A stretch of DNA of 52,390 bases from Candidatus Poseidoniaceae archaeon. GTDB lineage: Archaea > Thermoplasmatota > Poseidoniia > Poseidoniales > Poseidoniaceae. Positions 9,315 through 18,928 of the stretch are shown piece after piece. Within the stretch, counting starts at the first letter, position 1. Every line of letters begins with the position of its first letter. The stretch is from contig JBMZTB010000004.1 in assembly GCA_049623485.1 (NCBI GenBank), positions 1 through 52,390 of the forward strand, in the 5' to 3' direction. The position numbers were made by a program, and so were the translations under genes. The notes below the pieces were generated by a model. That model saw only the letters and a list, made by a program, of their open reading frames with translations, was not told where the DNA came from and did not search any database.

Positions 9315-10682
9315 TTATTCTTTCCAAGTACCATGGAAATCTTCTGCATTATCGACGCGTACGAAGAGATCAAGCGATGACCAAACAAGACTATTGAATC
9401 CACTTTCCATGCCTTCTTGTCCCCCTGCTTTAGCGGTCATAAATTCCAATGTATCTGAAGGAGAGTGCCACTCTTGCCAGAACGATATGTCGCCGCCTGG
9501 GCTAAAGAAATTGAATGTGGGATAGCCTGCAGAAAAGAAGGAACAATGGTCAGAAGCGCATGATTCAGCAATTTGCCAAGTGATTGGATTTCCCTCTGTC
9601 GGTTTGTATGCGAGATCCTCATCGATAATTTGGCCAACCCAGTCGTACATTCGATTCATGTTCTCATCACTCGCTCCAGCAATACTGATGGTCCAATCGT
9701 ACTTCGTCGCTGAAAACAATTCACCCGTCAATGGGTCGAGAATTGGTTCTGTCAAAGGTGTGATGGGATAGTTGAGAGAAACCATGTCGAAGTTCATGTA
9801 GGCTCGAACAGAGACGTTTTCAGGCAGGTGTGCAACGTATGCTAACGAGCCTAGTAACCCTTCTTCTTCGCACGCCCAGAGAGCCGCAACAACAGTGTGA
9901 TCAAACTCCATCTTTGCGAGGGCTTGAGCCATCTCGAGCGAAACAGTAGAGCCTGATGTATCGTCGTTTGCGCCTTCGTTGGTTCCACCGCTTGGGGGAG
10001 TAAACGCGTAAGCGATGTCAAAATGTCCTCCGATAACGATGTATTCGTCAGGATTGACTCGGCCCCAGTTGTAACCCACAACATTGAGTTGGTCAGGGTC
10101 GTCTTCGTATCGAGTTACTTCAACATAATCAAAGCCCATATCCCACATCTTGTCTTCCATAGCTTCCGCAGCAGCCTCGTACCCAGCACCACCTTCGTGA
10201 ATGGATGCACTTGCACACCATCTGTTGTTGTACTCTGAAGTCAACATATCGATTGTTTCGTACGCTCTACGACCATCAACAAGCATCAACTCATCACTCT
10301 CGATAAGATCAAACGTCTTGTTTTCAACAATATCGCCTGCCATAATAATGAATTCAAGTGATGTATGCTCAGTATCTAGAACCATGAACTCTACACTTTC
10401 AACAGATGCTTCAAATGTCATATTCATCGCATCTCGGAATACTCCAAATTCATCGATAAAGAACGTACCAGGGGGGCGTTGGATGGTGTATTCAACGTTT
10501 GATTGAACTCCGAGTGAGAAGGTTTGTCCGCGAGGAAGCGACGTAACATTTGATTCTTCAAAAACTGAAAGTTCAGGCGTAATTTCTACTTCGCTTTCTT
10601 CTCCAAAACAACCTGAGAAAGCAGTACAGAGAAGCAAACAAAGCATGAGGGATGCTTGCATCTTTCGAATGCCTTTGGCCAT
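9315..10682 (-). CDS. M28 family Zn aminopeptidase, probable lipoprotein
   Basis: GGHFD, GANDDTSG, EEEGLLGS, NFDM, SDH and WHSPSDT motifs. N-terminal FSGC lipobox-like signal. Confidence 0.9.
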   Translation of the reverse strand: MAKGIRKMQASLMLCLLLCTAFSGCFGEESEVEITPELSVFEESNVTSLPRGQTFSLGVQSNVEYTIQRPPGTFFIDEFGVFRDAMNMTFEASVESVEFMVLDTEHTSLEFIIMAGDIVENKTFDLIESDELMLVDGRRAYETIDMLTSEYNNRWCASASIHEGGAGYEAAAEAMEDKMWDMGFDYVEVTRYEDDPDQLNVVGYNWGRVNPDEYIVIGGHFDIAYAFTPPSGGTNEGANDDTSGSTVSLEMAQALAKMEFDHTVVAALWACEEEGLLGSLAYVAHLPENVSVRAYMNFDMVSLNYPITPLTEPILDPLTGELFSATKYDWTISIAGASDENMNRMYDWVGQIIDEDLAYKPTEGNPITWQIAESCASDHCSFFSAGYPTFNFFSPGGDISFWQEWHSPSDTLEFMTAKAGGQEGMESGFNSLVWSSLDLFVRVDNAEDFHGTWKE

Positions 10683-10737
10683 AGTTGACCCTCACATTCG
10701 CCTTTATTCAATCTGTTCATGCCTCGGGTAATGAAAT

Positions 10738-11925
10738 TCAATCACAATTTAATTCAATTTTCAGAGCATTTGCTAAGAGTTCATATTCTTCGATAGTGTT
10801 GTACAATTGAGCAGAAATTCGTAAGTATCTTCCAGCTGGAGAAGGCCATGACCAGACCGGAACTTGGATGTTGTATTTACGAGAAAGAATCTCATGTAAT
10901 GGATCAGGCTCGTGGATACGTTCGAGCGGAAGCGGTTCTCCAGGGAGTTTCAGTGTTGAGATACAGGCGATCATTGAGTCAGGACAAGGCGCATTTATTC
11001 CTAAAGTGTCGCAGATTAAATCACGGCCTTTGATTGCAAGGTCATGATTGTGTTGCATGATAGCAGGCCATCCACCTTCCATCATAGCCCCCATTCTGTG
11101 AATGACATTGGGAATTGTGCACCAACCCGAGACATCTTGGGTTCCAGTCCAATCAAATTCGTGTCGGAATCGGGTCGTATCTCCGAGTGGGAACGTATGT
11201 CCATGGCTTATGGTAAGGGGCTGAATTTTGTGTTGCTTATCTGAACGAACATGAAGGAATGCAGTCCCCTTGGGTGCACACAACCACTTATGGCAATTAC
11301 TGGTGACATATGACGCTCCAAGTTCATCCAAATTGAGAGGGACCATTCCAATTCCATGAGCAGCATCGAGAAGAACTTCGATTCCCCTTGTTTCAAACAG
11401 TGAAGTTAACGCTTCAAATGGCATACGTAATCCAGTTGGACTTGTTACCGTATCAATCATGACCAGTTTCGTCTTTTCAGTTGTCGCCTCCATCATCAAA
11501 TCAATGACGATTTCAGGCCCATCAATAGGGAACGGAATCTGCACTGTTACGACGCTAGCACCCCAACGTCTTGCAACGAAATCAATTGCATTTCGACATG
11601 CCTGATACGCATGATCAGGAACGAGAATCTCATCACCCTCTGAGAAGATAAGAGAACGAAGCACGGTGTTCACACCTGTCGTTGCGTTTGGAATAAGAGC
11701 CAAATCTTCTGATGAGCACGAAAGGAACTCTGCAAGAGCCTCTCGAGATTGCTTCAGAAGCGATGGCATTTCATCTTCAAAGAATCGAACAGGTTCAGAT
11801 TCCATTTGATTTTGCCATTCACGTTGCTCTTTGATGACAAATTCAGGACATGCTCCAAACGAACCATGATTCAAAAATATTCGAGCAGGTTCAAGATTCC
11901 AATGCTCACCAAGATGGGAAGGCAT
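10738..11925 (-). CDS. Class V PLP aminotransferase (isopenicillin-N epimerase / cysteine-lyase-like)
   Basis: FLNHGSFGACP, NATTGVN, DAAH, SNCHKWLCAPKG (PLP lysine) and RISAQLYN motifs. Confidence 0.88.
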   Translation of the reverse strand: MPSHLGEHWNLEPARIFLNHGSFGACPEFVIKEQREWQNQMESEPVRFFEDEMPSLLKQSREALAEFLSCSSEDLALIPNATTGVNTVLRSLIFSEGDEILVPDHAYQACRNAIDFVARRWGASVVTVQIPFPIDGPEIVIDLMMEATTEKTKLVMIDTVTSPTGLRMPFEALTSLFETRGIEVLLDAAHGIGMVPLNLDELGASYVTSNCHKWLCAPKGTAFLHVRSDKQHKIQPLTISHGHTFPLGDTTRFRHEFDWTGTQDVSGWCTIPNVIHRMGAMMEGGWPAIMQHNHDLAIKGRDLICDTLGINAPCPDSMIACISTLKLPGEPLPLERIHEPDPLHEILSRKYNIQVPVWSWPSPAGRYLRISAQLYNTIEEYELLANALKIELNCD

Positions 11926-11969
11926 GATATGGACTGGACAATTCAGTTCTCAATATTGACGGTGAAGTA

Positions 11970-12056
11970 TGGTGCGGGGGGCAGGATTCGAACCTGCGAA
12001 CCAATAAGGAATGGGACCTAAACCCACCGCCGTTGACCAAGCTGGGCGACCCCCGC
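11970..12056 (-). tRNA. tRNA-Leu (anticodon TAG), CCA encoded
   Basis: Reverse complement folds as a cloverleaf: GCGGGGG/CCCCCGC acceptor, GTGGG-TTTAGGT-CCCAT anticodon arm, long variable arm, GGTTCGAATCC T-loop, ACCA end. Confidence 0.96.
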
Positions 12057-12125
12057 GCAAACTGAGGGCGGTCAATCATGGATTTGAAACCGCCGATTCA
12101 ACAAATACGACGGGATTTTGTTTGT

Positions 12126-14375
12126 TCAGGCAGAGGGAAGTCGCGGTCTCCACCATCGTAGAGTAAGTGAATTTGCAACAACACTCAGTGAAGAAAGGGA
12201 CATTGCTGCAGCCGCAAATGCAGGAGGCAAGAGCCAACCAGTCCAAGGCAGGAGCAGACCCATAGCAAGAGGGATTCCTATCAAATTGTAGACAAATGCC
12301 CATCCTAGATTGCTTCGAATTTTTCGCATTGTAACTTGACCGAGTTCTAGGGCTGAAACAGCATCGAGAAGATCATTTCGAATCAATACAATATCTGCTG
12401 AATCGAGAGCAATATCGCTTCCAGCGCCCATGGCAATACCAACATCCGCTGTGGCTAAAGCAGCGGCATCGTTGATTCCATCCCCGACCATTGCGACACA
12501 TGCACCATCTTTTTGCAATTTTGAAATATAGTCTGCTTTTTCATCTGGGCGCACATTGGATACAACAGTTGTAATGCCGCACTCCTTTGCAATTTGTTGC
12601 GCAGTTTCATCACGATCTCCTGTGAGCATAATGACTTCAAGATTTGATTGTTGAGCAAATTTAATTGCTGAAACAGTTGATTCTCGGAGGCGGTCTGTTG
12701 TTTCAATCCAGCCAAGTAATTGCGTTCCTTTTGATACAAAAGCGAGTGTAGAGCCTTTTTTTGCGGCAGTTTGGATTGCGTCCTGATGCGTGCTTAGATC
12801 AACGCTAACATGTGTCATGAGTGGTTCATTTCCGATTGCAACGACTTGATCATCAAGCCGTCCAACAAGACCCATGCCACCCATGCTTTCGATATCATGA
12901 ACTTCGGGTCTCTCCTTGGTTACATTTGACCATGATGCAAGAATCGCTTCAGCCATAGGATGTGTTGAGGCATGTTCAAGTGAAGCGGCTATGCCAAGAA
13001 TTTCTCGAATTTCACCATCGACAATTTCAATGTGAGATACTTTCGGTTTGCCAGTTGTTAATGTTCCAGTCTTGTCAACCACGAGGGTTGTTGTTGCATG
13101 CGAACGTTCGAGTGCTTCAATGCCTTTGATGAGCAGTCCATAGCGAGCACCAATTCCAGTTCCGACCATGAGTGCGGTCGGTGTTGCTAATCCTAAGGCA
13201 CAAGGACAAGCAATAACCAATGTCGATACGAGTGCGAGTATTGCCACTTCTCCTCCAGTTCGATCTCCATGTCCTGAAGACAGCATCCAGAATATCGCTG
13301 AAGCGAGGGCACAAAAGAGAACGATAGGTACGAAGACTGAAGAGATTTTATCGACCAATCTCTGAACAGGAGCTTTGCCCATTTGAGCTTCGTCAACCAT
13401 TGAGATGACCCTTGAGAGAATGGTCGAATGGAAAGGTTGAGTGGTCTGAAGAGTTAACGGTGAATCTAGAACAATGGTTCCTCCTATGACCTCATCCCCT
13501 TCTTTGCATCGCACAGGATACGTTTCGCCAGTCATCATCGATGTATCGACCAATGCAGAACCTTCGAGGACAATTCCATCCAATGGGATTGTTTGACCCA
13601 CTCGAACTAAGACGTTTGTTCCCGATAGAATATCTTCTACAGGTTGTCGCTCTGTTGTCCCATCTTCACCCAAAACAAGAGCAGTTTTAGGTTGAAGATT
13701 CATCAGTGAATAGACTGAATCTGTCGCTTGTAATTTTGCTCTACTTTCAAGGAAGTTTCCAACTAAAATAAACGCAATAATCAGTGCTGCTCCATCATAG
13801 AAAACGTGCTCAGTCGTAGAGAAAATACTTGGAAGGAACGTAAAAAACGGTTCGAATGTAACCAACATAGACCAAATCATGGCTGTTGTGGTGCCCAAGT
13901 GAACCAATACGTCCATATTTGCTCGTCCAGTTAAGATAGCCTTCCAGGCTCCTTTGTGGAACTGCATTCCTGAGAAAACATACACAGGTGTTGCAAGCAA
14001 GAAAGCCAAGAGAAATCGTGTATCTATTGAACCAGTTGCTCCTAAATCCGAAACGAACATACTCACGATGAGGGTCGGAATTGACAACAGAAGCGCAAAA
14101 CCTGCAAGTTGCCCCTGCTTACGTGCTGATTGAACTGCTTCTGCGCGGATGGTTTCTGGTGTTGAGATTTTTTCTGCTTGGAATCCCTTATTCTCAACAG
14201 CATTTACAACTCCATTAATGTCAATCTTATCCGTACTCCAAGTGATGCTTGCTTTCTCCAAGGCTAGATTAACACGAACCGATTCGACACCAGGAACTTT
14301 AGAAACAACCGATTCCACTGAGGCAACGCAAGAAGAACATGACATGCCCTTTACCCGAAGTACCGTTTCAGCCAT
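12126..14375 (-). CDS. copA: Cu(I)-translocating P1B-type ATPase
   Basis: GMSCSSC metal-binding domain, TGE, CPCALGLATP, DKTGTLT, GDGINDA, YN and MxxSS motifs. Confidence 0.93.
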   Translation of the reverse strand: MAETVLRVKGMSCSSCVASVESVVSKVPGVESVRVNLALEKASITWSTDKIDINGVVNAVENKGFQAEKISTPETIRAEAVQSARKQGQLAGFALLLSIPTLIVSMFVSDLGATGSIDTRFLLAFLLATPVYVFSGMQFHKGAWKAILTGRANMDVLVHLGTTTAMIWSMLVTFEPFFTFLPSIFSTTEHVFYDGAALIIAFILVGNFLESRAKLQATDSVYSLMNLQPKTALVLGEDGTTERQPVEDILSGTNVLVRVGQTIPLDGIVLEGSALVDTSMMTGETYPVRCKEGDEVIGGTIVLDSPLTLQTTQPFHSTILSRVISMVDEAQMGKAPVQRLVDKISSVFVPIVLFCALASAIFWMLSSGHGDRTGGEVAILALVSTLVIACPCALGLATPTALMVGTGIGARYGLLIKGIEALERSHATTTLVVDKTGTLTTGKPKVSHIEIVDGEIREILGIAASLEHASTHPMAEAILASWSNVTKERPEVHDIESMGGMGLVGRLDDQVVAIGNEPLMTHVSVDLSTHQDAIQTAAKKGSTLAFVSKGTQLLGWIETTDRLRESTVSAIKFAQQSNLEVIMLTGDRDETAQQIAKECGITTVVSNVRPDEKADYISKLQKDGACVAMVGDGINDAAALATADVGIAMGAGSDIALDSADIVLIRNDLLDAVSALELGQVTMRKIRSNLGWAFVYNLIGIPLAMGLLLPWTGWLLPPAFAAAAMSLSSLSVVANSLTLRWWRPRLPSA

Positions 14376-14425
14376 ACCGCTTCCTCCTTGTTTCGGTCAT
14401 TGCTTGCTCATAATTAGCATTGATG

Positions 14426-16663
14426 CTAGACAGGTGATAGATCCAGACGGCCAGACCAAAGATCGAGTCCTCGGATTCGGCATGGGAAGAGTTGTCCAAG
14501 TTCGAGCAAAGCATGTTCGCTATGTCCATCCCGACCTTCTTCTAAGAGCTTGAGGCCGTGTTCATCAATGAACAAATTCTTTTTCTTGGATAATTGTTTG
14601 AGATGCATTCGCCCGTGCATGGAACCATCATCTTTGAGATCAAGGAAGATCCAAGGTGTTCTCAAGCCAACAACTCGAGCATTCCATTGTTGATGTTCTG
14701 AAAGACGAAGATGCCAATTTAGCGCAACAGCCACAAGTTCCCACTCGAGCACTTGAGCCATTCTGCCCTGAGATGAACAGTGTTCGCTTAATGATGACAA
14801 TTCTTCTTCACTGTAGACCCATTCCTTATTGTGCAAATGTGCTTTGAGTTGTCGATGTACAATTAAATCAGGATACCTGCGTATTGGGCTTGTGAAATGA
14901 GCATATGCATCGAGATTGAGGCCGAAATGTCCTATGTTCTCCACATCATAGCGAGCACGATTCATCAATTGGAAGAGCCCCTGATCAACGACTCGTCTCA
15001 AAGAAGCACTAAGTGAAACGGCTTTCTCTTGCGCTTGTCTCAATCCATCGAGCATCTCATCCCTTGCATCTTGATCTGTAACTTCTTTGAGATAATCAGG
15101 TACGTCCTTCTTCACCTCACTGGAGGATTCTAAGCCACTCAAATCAATACTATTCCCTGCCCAAGAACCGAGAAGACTTGCTAATTCATCAGTCTCATTT
15201 TGCCCTTTTGATTTTGTTCGAGGTTCTGGCAATGTGATGCCAATTTGTAGGGCTTTGAGTTGTTCATTGAGATCTTGAACATCGATAGAATCTGGCGATG
15301 GATGGCAACGCCAAGGAAGTAATGCACCTTTGGAACCAAGCATCTCACCAACAATATTGTTGGTCTTAACCATGAATGTTTCAATCATCTTTGTTGCCTT
15401 ATTTGGCCATTTAACATCGATTCGAACCGATCCATCTTCCTGAATACGCGGGCGCTGTTCTCCTTGCTGAACGTTCAATCGAAGTTCATCCTTTTGCCAG
15501 TGCTCAGCAAGTGTAAACAATTCATCCCATCTTGAATCCTCAAGTGTATCTTCATACGCAAGATTTTGCTTGACATCGATGACCGCCTCATGCGCTCTTG
15601 ATTCGATAATGGCCATGCTTTCATCGAGCTTCATTTCGATAACCATCGCTAATCGAGGGACATTTGCCCGAAGTGAGCACAAATCATCAGCTAGCCTGAA
15701 CGGAAGCATTGGAAGAACACCATGAGGCAAATAGACGGATGTCGCTCTTGCTTGAGCAGTCGTGTCGAGGCGAGAATCAGTGGTGACGTAATGAGCTACA
15801 TCCGCTATTGCAACCCACAATGTTGAGCCATGTTCGCTCTTTTCAAAACAAATCGCATCATCAAAATCCTTTGCATCGGGAGGGTCGATTGTTACAAATT
15901 CGAGGTGACGCAGATCGACTCGACCTTTGTCAATTTCAGCCTCAGCATCGACATCAGGCAATGTCTCTGCCCATGCTTCTAGGGATGAATCATAGGAAGA
16001 TGGGAACGGATTGAGATTGTTCTTCCTTCGCCACGCAAGCCTGTGCTCGAGTAGTTCGAGTAAATTCCAGTGTTTATGTTGAACCAACATCCACGCCATT
16101 GCAGGTTCAAATTCTGGAAACCTCAACCCAGATTTACGTGCAGCAAGACGTTTGATTTCGAGTTCGAGATTGAACGATTTCCATTTCATTCCAGTGTCTT
16201 CGTGAATTGAACATCCTTCAGGCAAAGAGGTCCCAGTAAGCATTGCTTCCCATGTTGCTATGAGGAGGGAGAAGGTCTGTCGGTCATCTTCGTCCCACTC
16301 TTCTTCCCCTCTTTCAAGTCGAGCGATTTGAGATGACCAGCGCGAAACGGCTTCGTTTATTTCGAGGATATCCTCACGTGAACGAGGTCGAACTGAATTG
16401 TTTCCTTGCCATGTGAAATGTGTGGAATTGCTCCGACTTGAAGTAATTATTTTCGCAACATCATCCATCAATCGTTTCCGATAGGATTTGTCATCTTCTC
16501 GTGAAGGAGGGCGGTTTTCATGCTGGAGAATGAAATCAACTATTTCGTCGAGGGACCAATCCTTTTCCCAAAGAACATCTTCCCGAAGGAGGGAAGTGAA
16601 ACGTCTCCAAAACCGTTCGTCATCGGGGCCACGAGGACTGTTCTTTTTGTTGTGTTTTGACAT
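14426..16663 (-). CDS. rnr: RNase R / RNB-domain 3'-5' exoribonuclease with atypical N-terminal region
   Basis: TIDPPDAKDFDDA, VAIADV, ATSVYLP and HFGL...HFTSPIRRYPDLIVHR motifs, with a C-terminal S1-like domain. Confidence 0.9.
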   Translation of the reverse strand: MSKHNKKNSPRGPDDERFWRRFTSLLREDVLWEKDWSLDEIVDFILQHENRPPSREDDKSYRKRLMDDVAKIITSSRSNSTHFTWQGNNSVRPRSREDILEINEAVSRWSSQIARLERGEEEWDEDDRQTFSLLIATWEAMLTGTSLPEGCSIHEDTGMKWKSFNLELEIKRLAARKSGLRFPEFEPAMAWMLVQHKHWNLLELLEHRLAWRRKNNLNPFPSSYDSSLEAWAETLPDVDAEAEIDKGRVDLRHLEFVTIDPPDAKDFDDAICFEKSEHGSTLWVAIADVAHYVTTDSRLDTTAQARATSVYLPHGVLPMLPFRLADDLCSLRANVPRLAMVIEMKLDESMAIIESRAHEAVIDVKQNLAYEDTLEDSRWDELFTLAEHWQKDELRLNVQQGEQRPRIQEDGSVRIDVKWPNKATKMIETFMVKTNNIVGEMLGSKGALLPWRCHPSPDSIDVQDLNEQLKALQIGITLPEPRTKSKGQNETDELASLLGSWAGNSIDLSGLESSSEVKKDVPDYLKEVTDQDARDEMLDGLRQAQEKAVSLSASLRRVVDQGLFQLMNRARYDVENIGHFGLNLDAYAHFTSPIRRYPDLIVHRQLKAHLHNKEWVYSEEELSSLSEHCSSQGRMAQVLEWELVAVALNWHLRLSEHQQWNARVVGLRTPWIFLDLKDDGSMHGRMHLKQLSKKKNLFIDEHGLKLLEEGRDGHSEHALLELGQLFPCRIRGLDLWSGRLDLSPV

Positions 16664-16667
16664 AAAA

Positions 16668-17558
16668 TTACAGCCCCACATCCTTGAGTTTCTCGAGGAT
16701 TTCAATTTGTTCCGGCGTTAATTCTTCATGTTCATCGAGAATAAATTCAAGGTCTAAATCTCCTTGGAGATAGCCTGCTTTTGCCATTCGTCTTCTGTCT
16801 CCTGGTTGACTGTTTCCAGCCACACTTAGAAGCCCACTTTTTCCAGAGGGTAGATTCACTTTGACCTTACCTCCAAGCATCATTGTTGAGTAGGGGATGG
16901 ATACTTGTTGAATGAGGATTCCGTTTTCCCAATGCCTTCCTTCTCCAGCATCGATTCGGAACGTAACATGGAGATCGCCTGCAGTTCCTTGTGGATGCTC
17001 GTTCCCTTGACCTTTCAGGCGCTTGGACGTTCCGTGTTTGACGCCAGGGTCAATTCTGATTTTGAAATTCTGGGTGGTCTTTGAGGCAACGTTTCCACTT
17101 CCAACCTTGATGCGTTGTGCTTGAAAGGTGATTTCTCCACCCGTGATCGCTTGTTCCATCTCCACATCGACAGAAACATGAATATCGCTACCTTTTGGTC
17201 TTGCTTGAGGCCGTCGTTGACGTTGTTGGAATGGATTTTGCTGCTGTCCACCGCCAAACATTTGCCCGATCATATCTTCGAACCCGCCGCCCATGCCTCC
17301 ACCGAAAGGAGAGCGTCCACCGCCTCCACCAAACATGTTTTCCATGCGCTTTTTTTGCTCGTATTCTTGACGTTTTGAAGCATCTCCAATCATCTCATAT
17401 GCGGCTTGAACTTCTTTGAATTTGGCTTCAGCAGCGGCATCATTTGGATTCCGATCTGGATGGTGTTTACGAGCAAGTTTTCGAAATGCTCGTTTAATCT
17501 CAGCATCCGAAGCGTTGCGAGAAACGCCTAGAGTAGCATAAGGGTCAGGCGAAGCCAT
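16668..17558 (-). CDS. DnaJ-family co-chaperone without zinc finger (type II, CbpA-like)
   Basis: J-domain with HPD, G/F-rich linker and C-terminal substrate domain. No CxxCxGxG repeats. Confidence 0.92.
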   Translation of the reverse strand: MASPDPYATLGVSRNASDAEIKRAFRKLARKHHPDRNPNDAAAEAKFKEVQAAYEMIGDASKRQEYEQKKRMENMFGGGGGRSPFGGGMGGGFEDMIGQMFGGGQQQNPFQQRQRRPQARPKGSDIHVSVDVEMEQAITGGEITFQAQRIKVGSGNVASKTTQNFKIRIDPGVKHGTSKRLKGQGNEHPQGTAGDLHVTFRIDAGEGRHWENGILIQQVSIPYSTMMLGGKVKVNLPSGKSGLLSVAGNSQPGDRRRMAKAGYLQGDLDLEFILDEHEELTPEQIEILEKLKDVGL

Positions 17559-17683
17559 ACAAGGCTATGCATCCGTTCACCCCTCATCAACTCTTGCCGA
17601 ATATTGCTTCGTTTTGAAAACCTATTCGCGTGGAAGCGGTTATAATAGGGGGTTGGGTCGGTAGGAAAGCACGAGGTTGTACC

Positions 17684-17950
17684 ATGTCGGATAAAAAAAA
17701 TGATTCACGCACATTCGAGGATGCTGTTCAGGACCGTCAAGACTGGATAGAAGCCCAGTTCCGTAAGATTTCCCGTGGCTCTTGGGCCCGAATTATTCGA
17801 ATGGCGAGAAAGCCGACGCCACAGGAATTCAAGCAAACCAGCATCATCTGCGGTATTGGTCTGTTCGTTCTTGGAGCTATCGGATTTATTTTACTCGTCC
17901 TTATGGACAATTTCCTTCCTTGGTTGATTCACGATGTATTCGGAATCTGA
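17684..17950 (+). CDS. secE: Protein translocase subunit SecE/Sec61-gamma
   Basis: RIIRMARKPTPQEF...GAIGF motif followed by a TM helix. Lies directly before spt5. Confidence 0.92.
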   Translation: MSDKKNDSRTFEDAVQDRQDWIEAQFRKISRGSWARIIRMARKPTPQEFKQTSIICGIGLFVLGAIGFILLVLMDNFLPWLIHDVFGI

Positions 17951-17970
17951 GGATTAGTTGGTGATTATTG

Positions 17971-18888
17971 ATGACTGAAGCGTTTATTGTTTTTGTACGA
18001 TTTGAAGAAAAGTTGTTGCTGCTTAACAGAAGTAAGGACGACAATGATTTCCCTGGTCTTTGGGATGGTGTTTGGGGCGTTGGAGATACTCCAGAAGAAG
18101 TTCTGGCACGTGTAACTGAAGCAACTGGACTTCCTCTTGAATCTCTCGACTATATTGGAACAGGACCTGAACGTGGCATTGACATGGGTCGTTCACTCGT
18201 TGATGTCATGCCTATTCTTGTCGCAACGAGTTCCGAGGAAGTAACGCCAACAGGACGTTACGTTTCTCACGAATGGATCGATCCTGGTAAGTTGCTTGAA
18301 TACAATTGTGTCTTCTCAAACATGAGCGAAATGGAAGGTTCTGAGAAATTGTTCCGTGAAATGTACGGATCTGTCGGCTCTTTCCTCTACATCGTCAAAA
18401 CAGCGATTGGTTCTGAACAACGTGTTGCAGACGAAATGTATGCTCGTCTGCACGGAAGCGGTTCACTGACTTCCTTACAAGGAGAAATTTTCTCTGTTCT
18501 TCATCCAAACAACATGCGAGGATACCTCTTTGTCGAATCAAGTGCACTTCACCACGTTGAGAAGTTGATTGGTCGCTCTGGCGGTCGAGATCCAAGTGCT
18601 CGAAGAGGAATTACTCAAACACCTCTCAAGAACGCTAAGACCGTTCTTCCTGGTGAAGCTCCGTTGTTGGATATCTTGCCATACTTGGAACCAAAGGCTG
18701 TAACCGCTGGAATCGAAGTTGGTTGCATTGTCGAAATTGTTTCTGGTGCGTTCAAGGGCGAAAAGGCTCGTGTAACAAGCGTTTCAGAAACAAAGGAAGA
18801 AGTCAGCATGGAACTCTACGAACAACCGATTCCAATGACTCTCAACATGCGTGGTGACCACGTACGTGTTATCGACCGAATCGTTTGA
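17971..18888 (+). CDS. spt5: Transcription elongation factor Spt5 (NGN+KOW) fused to an N-terminal NUDIX-like domain
   Basis: C-terminal half has VKTAIGSEQRVA, RGYLFVE and the KOW motif VEIVSGAFKGEKARV. N-terminal half has LLLLNRS...FPGLWDGVWG...EATGL. Follows secE. Confidence 0.92.
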   Translation: MTEAFIVFVRFEEKLLLLNRSKDDNDFPGLWDGVWGVGDTPEEVLARVTEATGLPLESLDYIGTGPERGIDMGRSLVDVMPILVATSSEEVTPTGRYVSHEWIDPGKLLEYNCVFSNMSEMEGSEKLFREMYGSVGSFLYIVKTAIGSEQRVADEMYARLHGSGSLTSLQGEIFSVLHPNNMRGYLFVESSALHHVEKLIGRSGGRDPSARRGITQTPLKNAKTVLPGEAPLLDILPYLEPKAVTAGIEVGCIVEIVSGAFKGEKARVTSVSETKEEVSMELYEQPIPMTLNMRGDHVRVIDRIV

Positions 18889-18928
18889 TCTTCACTTGAA
18901 TCTTTAACGAGACTGACTAGGTGAAGGC

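Noticed and set aside
11970-12125. tRNA-Leu as an integration site
   Set aside because: No integrase or duplicated tRNA fragment was seen nearby, and the flanking genes look like ordinary chromosomal genes.
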